The translations under genes were made by a program, and so were the position numbers. A stretch of 47,208 bases of DNA from Crocinitomicaceae bacterium (GTDB taxonomy: Bacteria; Bacteroidota; Bacteroidia; Flavobacteriales_D; Crocinitomicaceae): NCBI GenBank assembly GCA_023255275.1, contig JALRIV010000001.1, positions 1-47,208 on the forward strand, given 5' to 3'. The notes beneath the pieces were generated by a model. It had not been told where the DNA came from, ran no database searches, and saw only the letters and a list, made by a program, of their open reading frames with translations. The first letter of the stretch is position 1. The number at the start of each line of letters is the position of its first letter. Shown here piece after piece: positions 30,116 through 38,913 of this stretch.

Positions 30116-31228
30116 ATGAGATTTAATTACATTTGCTTGGTGAAATGGATCCTGATTTTATTTTGGTTAAACCTTCATTTTCTAATGATTGCTCAATCCC
30201 ATTCCAGTGGATTAGAGTTTAGGTTGAAATATGGATTTTTGGCTGCGCATCGTGGTGTGATGGCTCATATTCCTCAATCTCAAGCTTATGCAGGTGAAAT
30301 TACTTGGTATACTCAAGGATATGGAAGAAAAGCTTGGCAATTACCTTATCGAAATCCGTTCATGGGTTTTACCACTTTTTTTGGCTCGGTTGGTAATGAT
30401 CGAATTTTAGGGAAATACTTTGGAGCCTACGGATTCATTGAATTTCCTTTTGTGAAAAGTGACCGTTTTATTTTTGCGGGGAAATTAGGTGCTGGATTAG
30501 GGTATACGAAAAAGATCTATGACCCAATTTCCAATCCAAAGAATACCGCTATTGGAAGTCATTTTAATGCAATGATCTGCATTGCTTTAAAAAGTCAGTA
30601 CTTCCTAAATGAACGAAACTATTTATCTTTTGCCATCGACATGACTCATTTTTCGAATGGCGCATCTCAGACACCCAATCTAGGATTAAATTTACCCTAC
30701 TTATCTTTAGGATATGGCTACTCTTTTCAGCATCAGAAATGGAAAGCGGAAGAAATTGTTGCGCCCAGCTCAGTTATTCCTCAAAGAAGATGGGTTTATG
30801 GAGGTATGCTTATCGGGTCATTTAAAGAGATTTATCCAACGGGTGGTAAAAAATACCCAGTGTTCGCCTTAAATCTGCATGCAAAAAGATATTTTAGGCC
30901 TAAAGTTGCTATGGAACTAGGCGTTGATTTCATTTCGAAGCAAGCCATTATGGATTATAAGCGAGAAATCCCTAAAAGTCAATGGGATATTTTACAAATG
31001 GGTGTTTTTGCGGGCTATATTTTACCGCTTGATCGTCTCCAATTTATCCTTGGAATGGGAGCTTATTTCAAAGATAAATTTCAACCCGAGTCAATTTTTT
31101 ACCACCGGGTAGGAATGCGTTATTATTTTCATCAAGGTTGGCACGCCAATTTGGTCTTGAAATCGAACTTTGCAAAAGCGGATTATGTGGAATACGGAAT
31201 CGGTTACACTTTTAAATATAAGCCATGA
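30116..31228 (+). CDS. Acyloxyacyl hydrolase / PagL-like outer-membrane lipid deacylase family protein
   Basis: 370 aa with a hydrophobic N-terminus and a beta-barrel-like alternating pattern. The motif THFSNG resembles the His/Ser pair of PagL-like deacylases. Family call is from recall. Confidence 0.55.
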   Translation: MRFNYICLVKWILILFWLNLHFLMIAQSHSSGLEFRLKYGFLAAHRGVMAHIPQSQAYAGEITWYTQGYGRKAWQLPYRNPFMGFTTFFGSVGNDRILGKYFGAYGFIEFPFVKSDRFIFAGKLGAGLGYTKKIYDPISNPKNTAIGSHFNAMICIALKSQYFLNERNYLSFAIDMTHFSNGASQTPNLGLNLPYLSLGYGYSFQHQKWKAEEIVAPSSVIPQRRWVYGGMLIGSFKEIYPTGGKKYPVFALNLHAKRYFRPKVAMELGVDFISKQAIMDYKREIPKSQWDILQMGVFAGYILPLDRLQFILGMGAYFKDKFQPESIFYHRVGMRYYFHQGWHANLVLKSNFAKADYVEYGIGYTFKYKP

Positions 31229-31965
31229 TGCGGATCATTTATTTTTTACTATTGTTAATTGCAGCGACGGGTTGTAAAAAACCTGAGGATCGTAAATGTT
31301 GGAAATCAGCAGGGAAATCAGTCGTGAAAAGGGTAGAGGTAGGTGAGTTCACGACCATGATGATTAAGGAGCATTTGGAAATTGAATTGATTCAAGACAC
31401 CGTGTGCTTCGTAAATGTGTTGGGGGGTGAAAATATGGTCAACTTGGTAGAAGTAAAAAATGATAACGGCTTACTGACTTTGTCCAATAAAAACAAGTGT
31501 TCCTTTCTTAGAAAATATAGTAAATCTAAAATTAAAGTGGAAATTCATTTTAAGCAGTGTACCAACATCGAGTACCAAGGATCTTCACCGATGTATTCTA
31601 GAGATACGTTACATGTAAATTATTTTGTACTGTTAATCAGAGATGGCTCATCATCGGTAGATTTAACTTTAAAGTCAGACTACTTACAAACCGTTATTGC
31701 CCATGGCTTTGGTGATTTCACCTTGAGAGGAAAAGCGAATTATGCCAATCTTGATGTGCGCAGTAATGGCTTTTGTCATACGGAGAATCTGAACATTCGC
31801 GATTCTATGACGATCATTTCAAATACTCCTGTTCATTCTTACGTGAATGCTGCAAATTGCAAGTTGAAAGCACAAATAGAAAGTTCAGGGAATATTTATT
31901 ACACGGGAACACCAATTTCTATCCAATCCTTTCTATATGGATCTGGGAGCTTGATTAAATTTTAA
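31225..31965 (+). CDS. Lipoprotein of the DUF2807 / head GIN-domain family
   Basis: 246 aa with lipobox LIAATGC. The repetitive beta-strand pattern is typical of putative auto-transporter-adhesin head GIN domain proteins. Its ATG overlaps the upstream TGA (ATGA). Confidence 0.5.
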   Translation: MMRIIYFLLLLIAATGCKKPEDRKCWKSAGKSVVKRVEVGEFTTMMIKEHLEIELIQDTVCFVNVLGGENMVNLVEVKNDNGLLTLSNKNKCSFLRKYSKSKIKVEIHFKQCTNIEYQGSSPMYSRDTLHVNYFVLLIRDGSSSVDLTLKSDYLQTVIAHGFGDFTLRGKANYANLDVRSNGFCHTENLNIRDSMTIISNTPVHSYVNAANCKLKAQIESSGNIYYTGTPISIQSFLYGSGSLIKF

Positions 31966-32719
31966 TGGTGAAATGTTCCTTTTCTTGATGGGTTCTTTTC
32001 ATGACGATTCCCATCCGAAATAAGTCCATGGTCAGATGATACTTACTGTTCTTTACTATCTGATTCCAGGCCTCCCACATACCGTCACTCCATCTGATAT
32101 CATCCAATATAAAAATGGTTTCATCGTGACTCCATGCATCTAAAATCGATAGGTAGTTTAGTAAAGCGGTTCCATCGTGATGTCCGTCTACAAAAATGAA
32201 ATCAAATGCCTTTGGCGTATGTTTAGATAAATAATCATCAAATGTGGTCAGTTCAGAAGTAACTTGCGGAATCTGTTTTAAGCTGTTCTCCAAAGCAATT
32301 CTTCTGGTTTCTGGACAAGCTTCCAACGTGGTGATTTCCGCATTTTTATTCCCTAACTGCATGTGCAATGTACCAACACCCAAGGAGGTGCCTAATTCAA
32401 GAACAGTTGAAATCGGGTAGTGGGCAGTTATCCTGAATAATAGGTCGGCATAAATCCCTTTTGAAGAGCTGTTTTTGAAAATCGAATTAATTTTTCGGGT
32501 GTGACCTAATTTTTTTGAACCTGCGCCAAAATCTTTCACCTGAATCGGTTGTTGATTTTGACGATAAGCTTGATAAATGGATTTTCGTTTGGATTTTAAT
32601 TCCTCCGTCAAAGGTATTCGAAGACATTGATCAACAAAATCATAAACAAAAGGAGAATGAATTCCATGTCTTCCTTTCGCTTTTAAACGATATTTTATAT
32701 ATTCGGCAAAAATATTCAC
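31955..32719 (-). CDS. Class I SAM-dependent methyltransferase (O-methyltransferase-like)
   Basis: 254 aa with a GTG start (32719-32717). Motif I is VLELGTSLGVGT, and the FIFVDGHHDGTALLNY region is typical of Methyltransf_24-like enzymes. The 3' end overlaps the convergent DUF2807 gene by 11 nt. Confidence 0.75.
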   Translation of the reverse strand: MNIFAEYIKYRLKAKGRHGIHSPFVYDFVDQCLRIPLTEELKSKRKSIYQAYRQNQQPIQVKDFGAGSKKLGHTRKINSIFKNSSSKGIYADLLFRITAHYPISTVLELGTSLGVGTLHMQLGNKNAEITTLEACPETRRIALENSLKQIPQVTSELTTFDDYLSKHTPKAFDFIFVDGHHDGTALLNYLSILDAWSHDETIFILDDIRWSDGMWEAWNQIVKNSKYHLTMDLFRMGIVMKRTHQEKEHFTIKI

Positions 32720-32751
32720 ACTGCAAAGTAAATGAAACTTTATTAATTCTT

Positions 32752-34158
32752 ATGAAATTTAGTCAAAATACCCAATTGGAATTGCAAAACCAAATGATAA
32801 AAAGTGGAAACCCTTCCATCGAATTGCATGCTCCTTGTCGAATTAATGATGGTATTTTACAAATCCCAAAGATCAAACAGCTCCATTTTATTGATTTATT
32901 CTCAACTACGAAAAAAGCAATTTGTTTTTTTGTTCCGGCTTCAGGTTCTGGTTCACGTATGTTTCAATTTCTTTTTGATTTTTTAAATAGTCCAAATGAG
33001 TTGAATCGATCTGAAGTAGAGCGTTTTTTGCATGCAATTACCGAATTTGCATTTTTTAAACAATTACCCTTTGAATTACAGAGCCAAATTGAAAATCACG
33101 AAATTGATTTAGAAACTTTTATTTCGTATTTGTTATTGGAAGAAGGAATGGGGTACGGTGCTCTTCCGAAAGGATTGATTCCTTTTCATCACGTTGAACC
33201 TTTTATTTTGACACCTTTTCAAGAACACATTCTTCAAGCCATGCGATTGAAGTTATCAAATACCAAATTTCATTTTACCATTCAATCTAAATATGTAGAT
33301 TCGATTAAAGAAGGGATGAATCATATTTCTGGCTTAACAGGATATCCGTTAAATATTGATTTTTCTGAACAATCGATTGCATCCAATGCTTTTGTGTTTA
33401 CTGAAAATGGGGAAGCTTTAAAAGAGGATAATGGCGATTACATCACTCGTCCTGCCGGTCATGGAGCCTTACTAGAAAATCTCCAATCCATCGATGCGGA
33501 TATTGTTTTCGTGAAAAATATTGATAATGTGCAGCATTACAAATACGCGCCAGAAATTGAATCGACTTGGAAGTTGTTGGGTGGTTTAGTTTTAGAGGTG
33601 CAATCTCGTTTAGCGCAATTAAATGAGCATCCTAATTACGATGATTTGGTTGCCTTAAATCAAGAATTCCAATTGTATTCTCCTTCAGAAATGGAAATGT
33701 GTCGCACCGATCTTTCGTTCTTCAAGCAATTGATTCATCGACCGGTACGTGCATGCGGTATGGTGAAAAATGAAGGTCAACCGGGAGGTGGTCCATTTTG
33801 GGTCAATGAGCATGGGAAAATTTCTAAACAAATTGTTGAAAAAGCACAAATTTCGATGTTGGGGGAACAATACCGATTGATGGTACAAAGTACCCATTTC
33901 AATCCTGTAATCATGGCCTTAGGAATGAAAGATTTCAACGGAAAGGCATTTGATTTGAATGAGTTTAAGGATGAATCAAAGTATTTCGTAGTGGATAAAA
34001 ATCATCAAGGACAAAAAGTGAAATTTGTCGAGCTTCCAGGTCTTTGGAACGGTAGCATGGCAGAGTGGACTACTATTTTTATTGAAATTCCTTCTTCAAA
34101 TTTCAGTCCGGTAAAAACCGTATTGGATCTATTGAATTATGCGCATCGCGCTTATTAA
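32752..34158 (+). CDS. DUF4301-family protein, predicted nucleotidyltransferase (UDPGP-like motifs)
   Basis: The ORF track begins at 32515, but that extension overlaps the methyltransferase on the other strand. The first ATG outside it is 32752 (MKFSQNTQLELQ...), giving 468 aa. Motifs VPASGSGSRMF, RPAGHGALLENL and IVFVKNIDNV resemble the G-rich loop, PPGHGD and FVSNIDNL motifs of UTP-glucose-1-phosphate uridylyltransferases. Confidence 0.65.
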   Translation: MKFSQNTQLELQNQMIKSGNPSIELHAPCRINDGILQIPKIKQLHFIDLFSTTKKAICFFVPASGSGSRMFQFLFDFLNSPNELNRSEVERFLHAITEFAFFKQLPFELQSQIENHEIDLETFISYLLLEEGMGYGALPKGLIPFHHVEPFILTPFQEHILQAMRLKLSNTKFHFTIQSKYVDSIKEGMNHISGLTGYPLNIDFSEQSIASNAFVFTENGEALKEDNGDYITRPAGHGALLENLQSIDADIVFVKNIDNVQHYKYAPEIESTWKLLGGLVLEVQSRLAQLNEHPNYDDLVALNQEFQLYSPSEMEMCRTDLSFFKQLIHRPVRACGMVKNEGQPGGGPFWVNEHGKISKQIVEKAQISMLGEQYRLMVQSTHFNPVIMALGMKDFNGKAFDLNEFKDESKYFVVDKNHQGQKVKFVELPGLWNGSMAEWTTIFIEIPSSNFSPVKTVLDLLNYAHRAY

Positions 34159-34190
34159 ATAAAAAAAGCGGTTAAATAACCGCTTTAATT
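34158..34190. terminator. Shared bidirectional terminator hairpin between DUF4301 gene and glmM
   Basis: AAAGCGGTT (34165-34173), loop AAAT, AACCGCTTT (34178-34186). An A tract lies upstream and a T-rich stretch downstream, so either strand sees a hairpin plus a U-rich tail. The right arm and loop encode the last codons and stop of glmM. Confidence 0.65.
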
Positions 34191-35557
34191 TCTTCTATAA
34201 TTCGAAGGGCTAGCTCATTCGCTTTTTCTTCGGTTTGACTTTCAGCATAAATTCGAATTATGGGTTCCGTATTACTCTTTCGTAAATGAACCCATTCTTT
34301 CTCGATGTAAATCTTAACGCCATCGATCGTATCTACTTCAAAATCAGTATATTTAGTTGCTATTTTATCAAGTACTAAATCAACATCAATTTCAGGTGTC
34401 AATTCAATTTTATTTTTTGAAATCACATATCTTGGATAACTGTCTCTTAACGCGGTCAAGGACATTTTTTTCTCCGCTAATAAACTTAAGAACAAAGCGA
34501 TACCTACCAAAGAATCTCTTCCATAATGCAATTCTGGATAAATAATTCCACCGTTACCTTCTCCACCAATAACAGCCTGGGCTTTCTTCATCATTTCAAC
34601 CACATTTACTTCGCCTACAGCTGCTGCGGAATACGTTAACCCCCTTGCTTCTGTAATATCTCTTAGCGCTCTAGTGGAAGATAAGTTGGAAACAGTTGCT
34701 CCTGGTGTTTTAGAAAGTACATAATCGGCAACCGCAACTAACGTATATTCTTCACCAAACATAGATCCGTCTTCACATACCAATGCCAATCGATCCACAT
34801 CAGGATCAACGGTGATACCGACATGAGCTTTTGTTTCAAGCATCTTTGCGGACAAATCTGTTAAATGTTCCGGAAGCGGCTCTGGATTGTGTGGAAAATG
34901 TCCCGTTGGCTCACAATACATTTCTGTAATTTGAGTAACGCCTAACGCCTTCAGTAAAGCAGGAACAAAAATGCCTCCAGTTGAGTTTACTGCATCTACC
35001 ACGACCGAAAATTGTGCGTTTTTAATCGCTTCTTGATTGACTAAAGATAGATCTAAGATGGCGTCAATATGTTTCTGTAAATAACTATCGTTTGGATAAA
35101 CTTTTCCTAAATCATCAACCTCTGCAAAATCGAATGCTCCTTCAGCAGCGATTTCAAGAACACGTTCTCCTTCCTTTCCAGAAATAAATTCGCCCTTTTC
35201 ATTCAGTAATTTTAACGCATTCCATTGTTTTGGATTATGAGAAGCTGTTAAGATGATTCCTCCTTGTGCTTTCTCTAATGGCACAGCAACTTCTACGGTT
35301 GGTGTAGTGGATAAACCAAGGTCAATGACATCGATACCTAAACCCACTAAGGATTGACAGACCAACTGAGAAATCATTTCACCTGAAATTCGAGCATCTC
35401 GTCCGATGACCACTTTCCAATCTTGTTGGGGATGTTGTTCTTTTAACCAAGTTCCGTATGCAGACGCAAAGGTTACAGCATCGATCGGAGTAAGTCCATT
35501 TCCAACTTTTCCGCCTATTGTTCCTCTAATTCCTGAAATGGATTTAATTAATGTCAT
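34172..35557 (-). CDS. glmM: Phosphoglucosamine mutase
   Basis: 461 aa. The N-terminus is SGIRGTIGG. The phosphoserine loop is ILTASHNPKQWNALK and the metal-binding loop is TVDPDVDRL. Bacteroidota-type GlmM/PGM superfamily. Confidence 0.85.
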   Translation of the reverse strand: MTLIKSISGIRGTIGGKVGNGLTPIDAVTFASAYGTWLKEQHPQQDWKVVIGRDARISGEMISQLVCQSLVGLGIDVIDLGLSTTPTVEVAVPLEKAQGGIILTASHNPKQWNALKLLNEKGEFISGKEGERVLEIAAEGAFDFAEVDDLGKVYPNDSYLQKHIDAILDLSLVNQEAIKNAQFSVVVDAVNSTGGIFVPALLKALGVTQITEMYCEPTGHFPHNPEPLPEHLTDLSAKMLETKAHVGITVDPDVDRLALVCEDGSMFGEEYTLVAVADYVLSKTPGATVSNLSSTRALRDITEARGLTYSAAAVGEVNVVEMMKKAQAVIGGEGNGGIIYPELHYGRDSLVGIALFLSLLAEKKMSLTALRDSYPRYVISKNKIELTPEIDVDLVLDKIATKYTDFEVDTIDGVKIYIEKEWVHLRKSNTEPIIRIYAESQTEEKANELALRIIEEIKAVI

Positions 35558-35563
35558 GGACGT

Positions 35564-36061
35564 TTATTTTTTTTGTAATTTCTTTTTTAAACCAATCATT
35601 TTTAGGCATGCAATGGCACATTCCACACCCTTGTTTCCGTGTTTACCGCCAGATCGATCGATGGATTGCTGTAATGTATTGTCAGTTAACAAGCAGAAAG
35701 AAACGGGTAAATTATAATTTAAAGCTACTTCTTTAATACCTTGCGTAGCACCGTCGCATACAAAATCAAAATGTTTCGTTTCTCCTTGAATCACACAACC
35801 GATGGTGATAATTCCATCTGGTTTGACAAACTCCGCTAAAAATTGTGCGCCTAGAGGGAGTTCAAAGGCTCCTGGTACAAATTCTACATGGATATGTTCT
35901 TCCTTTACGCCATTTTCAATTAAAGCCTCTTTAGCACCTTTTAAAAGGTTGAACGTAATCTGATCGTTCCACTCAGAAACAACAATGCCGATTTTGAAAT
36001 CGGCACCATTTGGAATAAAGTTTTTATCGTATTCAGACAAATTGCGTAATGCAGTAGCCAT
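35564..36061 (-). CDS. ribH: 6,7-dimethyl-8-ribityllumazine synthase
   Basis: 165 aa with FKIGIVVSEWNDQIT, VPGAFELP, TIGCVIQGETKHFDFV and GNKG motifs. The start overlaps the upstream stop by 1 nt (TAATG). Confidence 0.93.
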   Translation of the reverse strand: MATALRNLSEYDKNFIPNGADFKIGIVVSEWNDQITFNLLKGAKEALIENGVKEEHIHVEFVPGAFELPLGAQFLAEFVKPDGIITIGCVIQGETKHFDFVCDGATQGIKEVALNYNLPVSFCLLTDNTLQQSIDRSGGKHGNKGVECAIACLKMIGLKKKLQKK

Positions 36062-36702
36062 TATTTTACTTTTTGATTTGAAGATCGAGCAATGAACTTC
36101 TCAATTGCTTTTTGATTAGCATAAGTAGGGTAGTCATCGCGAATGATGGTGTAATATTCGGTAGCTTTATCAAATGACTTTAATTTTTCAGCTACTAAAC
36201 CAGCCTTGAACAAATACATAGGAGTAGTGAATTCATTTACTGATTTCTCAGAAGCCTCCACATATAAATCCATAGCTTTTTCGTAGTTTTTTAACTCACT
36301 TTGGCAATCTCCTTGCAAACCGATCGACATCGCAGATAAATAAGTATCGTTTAGCTCAACTCCTTCTAATTCCTCTAAGGCTTTTTTGAATTCACCCTTT
36401 GCCATGTATTGACGTGCTAAAACAAATTGTGCGTTTTCACCACCGATTTTACCATCGTATTTTTTAACAACTCCTGCCAACTCTTCAATCGCTAAATCTG
36501 TTGAATCTTGTCCTGCGTAGTTTAAACCTACCCAATACGCATCTTTTGATTTTTCATTAGCAGGCGACCAAATGAATTGACGGTATAGGAAATAACCAAT
36601 CACTAGAACAAAAACACCTCCAATGACATAGGTAGCCATTTTGAAGTTTTTATTGTTTTTAAATTTATCTTTTAAATCTTGAGTTGAAAAGTTGTCTAAC
36701 AT
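36061..36702 (-). CDS. Membrane-anchored TPR protein (YfgM-like)
   Basis: 213 aa with a single N-terminal TM helix (YVIGGVFVLVIGYFLY) followed by TPR-like helices. The position upstream of ribH is common in Flavobacteriia (recall). Confidence 0.65.
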   Translation of the reverse strand: MLDNFSTQDLKDKFKNNKNFKMATYVIGGVFVLVIGYFLYRQFIWSPANEKSKDAYWVGLNYAGQDSTDLAIEELAGVVKKYDGKIGGENAQFVLARQYMAKGEFKKALEELEGVELNDTYLSAMSIGLQGDCQSELKNYEKAMDLYVEASEKSVNEFTTPMYLFKAGLVAEKLKSFDKATEYYTIIRDDYPTYANQKAIEKFIARSSNQKVK

Positions 36703-36722
36703 CTTTTAAGTTTTATGAAGTG

Positions 36723-36730
36723 CAAAAATA
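36723..36730 (-). promoter_or_regulatory. -7 promoter box TATTTTTG (minus strand) for the TPR-ribH-glmM string
   Basis: The reverse complement of 36723-36730 is TATTTTTG, 20 nt upstream of the ATG at 36702. Confidence 0.45.
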
Positions 36731-36824
36731 ATTTTTTTTTTGAAAAATACACGTTCATTTTGAGATTATATCGATAAACTTATGAAACATTGATTGTGAA
36801 TCTTTTTTTTCGAATAAAATCGGC

Positions 36825-36832
36825 TAACTTTG
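36825..36832 (+). promoter_or_regulatory. -7 promoter box TAACTTTG, 4 nt upstream of the recF GTG start
   Basis: Perfect TAnnTTTG, spacer tgaa, GTG at 36837. The N-terminus (M)HLESLHLVNFKNY matches the canonical RecF start. Confidence 0.45.
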
Positions 36833-36836
36833 TGAA

Positions 36837-37940
36837 GTGCATTTAGAATCGTTACATCTAGTCAATTTTAAAAATTATGAGGAGCTTGAAGTTGCTTTAG
36901 CTCCGACCATAACTTGTTTTGTAGGTGAAAATGGTTCTGGAAAGACAAATCTGTTAGATGCTGTTTATTACCTTAGTATGGCAAAATCGTATTTAAATAC
37001 GATTGATAAACAGAACATACGATTCGATCAGACTTTTTTTTCAGTGTTAGGAAAATGGCACAAAGCAGGACAACCCATTTCAATCCAGTGTGTCGTCAAA
37101 CACGGTTCAAAAAAAATACTAAAACGAAATAAAAAAGAATACCAGAAACTTGCAGAACACATTGGTCAATTTCCTTCGGTGATCATTTCGCCTTATGATC
37201 GCGACTTAATTTCGGAGGGAAGTGAGGTCAGAAGGAGATGGGTTGATGGAATTATTTCGCAATTCGACCAAGCATATTTAGAGGAATTGATTAGGTATCA
37301 AAAAGTCCTTGACCAACGGAATGCCTTGTTGAAAAATCAATATGAAAATAGGATTTTTGATCGCGAATCAATGGAAATTTGGGATGCACAGTTGATCCCT
37401 TTAGGGAGCCAAATTTATCTAAAAAGAAAGCAGTTCATTGAGGAATTCACTTCTTATTTTCAAGAAAAATACAACTACATTTCAAATGAAAATGAGAAGG
37501 TAGAATTGGTTTATAAATCACAACTGCACGAGCATACCTTTCTACAGATTCTTAAAGAGAATGAGCGTAAAGACGCTTTTTCACAATACACCAACGGAGG
37601 CATCCATAAAGACGATTTTGTATTTTTAATCAAAGGTCACCCGATTAAAAAGTTTGGTTCTCAAGGACAACAAAAATCGTACTTGATAGCCCTCAAATTA
37701 GCCCAGTACGCATGGTTGGAGAACCATTTAGGGATAAAACCTGTACTTTTATTGGATGATATTTTTGATAAATTGGATGAAACTCGTGTACTCAAATTAA
37801 TGAAATTGGTCTCGTCTCCTGATTTCGGTCAAGTACTCATCACGGACACTGAAAAAGATCGATTAATTCAAATATTTAATACCTTAAATACAGAAATTAA
37901 AATGTATCTTGTAAAGGAGAACCAAATGCATTCAATCTGA
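36837..37940 (+). CDS. recF: DNA replication and repair protein RecF
   Basis: 367 aa with a GTG start. It has the N-terminus LxLxNFKNY, Walker A GENGSGKTNLLDA, the signature SQGQQKS and Walker B LLLDDIFDKLD. Confidence 0.93.
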   Translation: MHLESLHLVNFKNYEELEVALAPTITCFVGENGSGKTNLLDAVYYLSMAKSYLNTIDKQNIRFDQTFFSVLGKWHKAGQPISIQCVVKHGSKKILKRNKKEYQKLAEHIGQFPSVIISPYDRDLISEGSEVRRRWVDGIISQFDQAYLEELIRYQKVLDQRNALLKNQYENRIFDRESMEIWDAQLIPLGSQIYLKRKQFIEEFTSYFQEKYNYISNENEKVELVYKSQLHEHTFLQILKENERKDAFSQYTNGGIHKDDFVFLIKGHPIKKFGSQGQQKSYLIALKLAQYAWLENHLGIKPVLLLDDIFDKLDETRVLKLMKLVSSPDFGQVLITDTEKDRLIQIFNTLNTEIKMYLVKENQMHSI

Positions 37941-38251
37941 TGGCTTATTTAAACGAAAGAGACCGGGATAAAAACACCAAACCTTTAGGGGAATTGGTCG
38001 AAAAACTTTTGAAAGCCTATCGTTTGGATGAAAAAATGAAGGAACTAGATGTGGTTGATGCTTGGGAGGAAATGATGGGGAAGGCTGTCGCTGCGCGTAC
38101 CCAACAAATCTATATCAAAAATAATATTTTATATCTTGTGTTAGATTCATCGGTGATGCGTGAAGAATTATTACATGGTAAATCCATTATTATTCAACGA
38201 GTTAACGAATTTGCTCAAAAAGAAATCATTCGAGACATTTGGTTTGGATAA
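37940..38251 (+). CDS. DUF721-domain protein (recF-associated)
   Basis: 103 aa. The start overlaps the recF stop (TGATG). Both the position after recF and the sequence (W..ivG..va..t....i.ng.L.v...ss....EL) are typical of DUF721. Confidence 0.75.
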   Translation: MAYLNERDRDKNTKPLGELVEKLLKAYRLDEKMKELDVVDAWEEMMGKAVAARTQQIYIKNNILYLVLDSSVMREELLHGKSIIIQRVNEFAQKEIIRDIWFG

Positions 38252-38341
38252 AATAAATTTCCCAAAATGGGAAGAATAGGTGTTTGTTTTAATTTTAAAT
38301 TGATTATATTTACGTTTAATTAACGACTATTTATAATAACT

Positions 38342-38908
38342 ATGGAATTTTTCGAACAATTAGACCCGTTATTGCGCACTTTTTGGTACATCGCAATTCC
38401 AAGTAGTTTGATTTTTATTTTTCAAACCGTAATGACTTTCGTTGGTGCTGATGCCACCGATGGGCTAGATGCAGATTTTGATGGAGATTTTGATGGTTCA
38501 GATGCTCCCTTTCAATTGTTTTCTTTGCGTAATTTAATAAACTTTTTACTAGGTGTCAGTTGGGCTGGAATTTCATTTTTTGATTCGATTGAAAATAAAA
38601 CCATCTTAATTATCCTCTCTCTTTTTGTTGGATTTGCTTTTTTGTTTTTATTCTTCTTAGTCATCAGACAAATTCAGAAGTTAGCGGAGGATAACAGTTT
38701 CGATATCCATCATACCATTGGAAAAACAGCTGAAGTTTATTTGAAAATTCCTGAGAAAATGTCTGGTAAAGGAAAGGTAATGGTGAGTGTAAAAGGATCT
38801 TACCACGAACTGGATGCCATGACAGAGGGTGAAGCTTTACCGTCCAATGCCATGGTAAAAGTTATCCGAATCGAAAACAATATTTTAATAGTAACTATCT
38901 TTAATTAA
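38342..38908 (+). CDS. NfeD/YqiJ-like membrane protein
   Basis: 188 aa with multiple TM helices and an acidic loop DATDGLDADFDGDFDGSDAP. The C-terminal soluble beta (OB-like) domain reads GKGKVMVSVKGSYHELDAMT...VKVIRIENNILIV. It ends 5 nt upstream of the flotillin gene. Confidence 0.75.
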   Translation: MEFFEQLDPLLRTFWYIAIPSSLIFIFQTVMTFVGADATDGLDADFDGDFDGSDAPFQLFSLRNLINFLLGVSWAGISFFDSIENKTILIILSLFVGFAFLFLFFLVIRQIQKLAEDNSFDIHHTIGKTAEVYLKIPEKMSGKGKVMVSVKGSYHELDAMTEGEALPSNAMVKVIRIENNILIVTIFN

Positions 38909-38913
38909 TTTTT

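Noticed and set aside
32515-32751. 79-codon N-terminal extension of the DUF4301 ORF given in the ORF track
   Set aside because: The extension overlaps the 5' part of the methyltransferase gene on the opposite strand and has no family-like sequence. The ATG at 32752 leaves a clean 32-bp divergent spacer.
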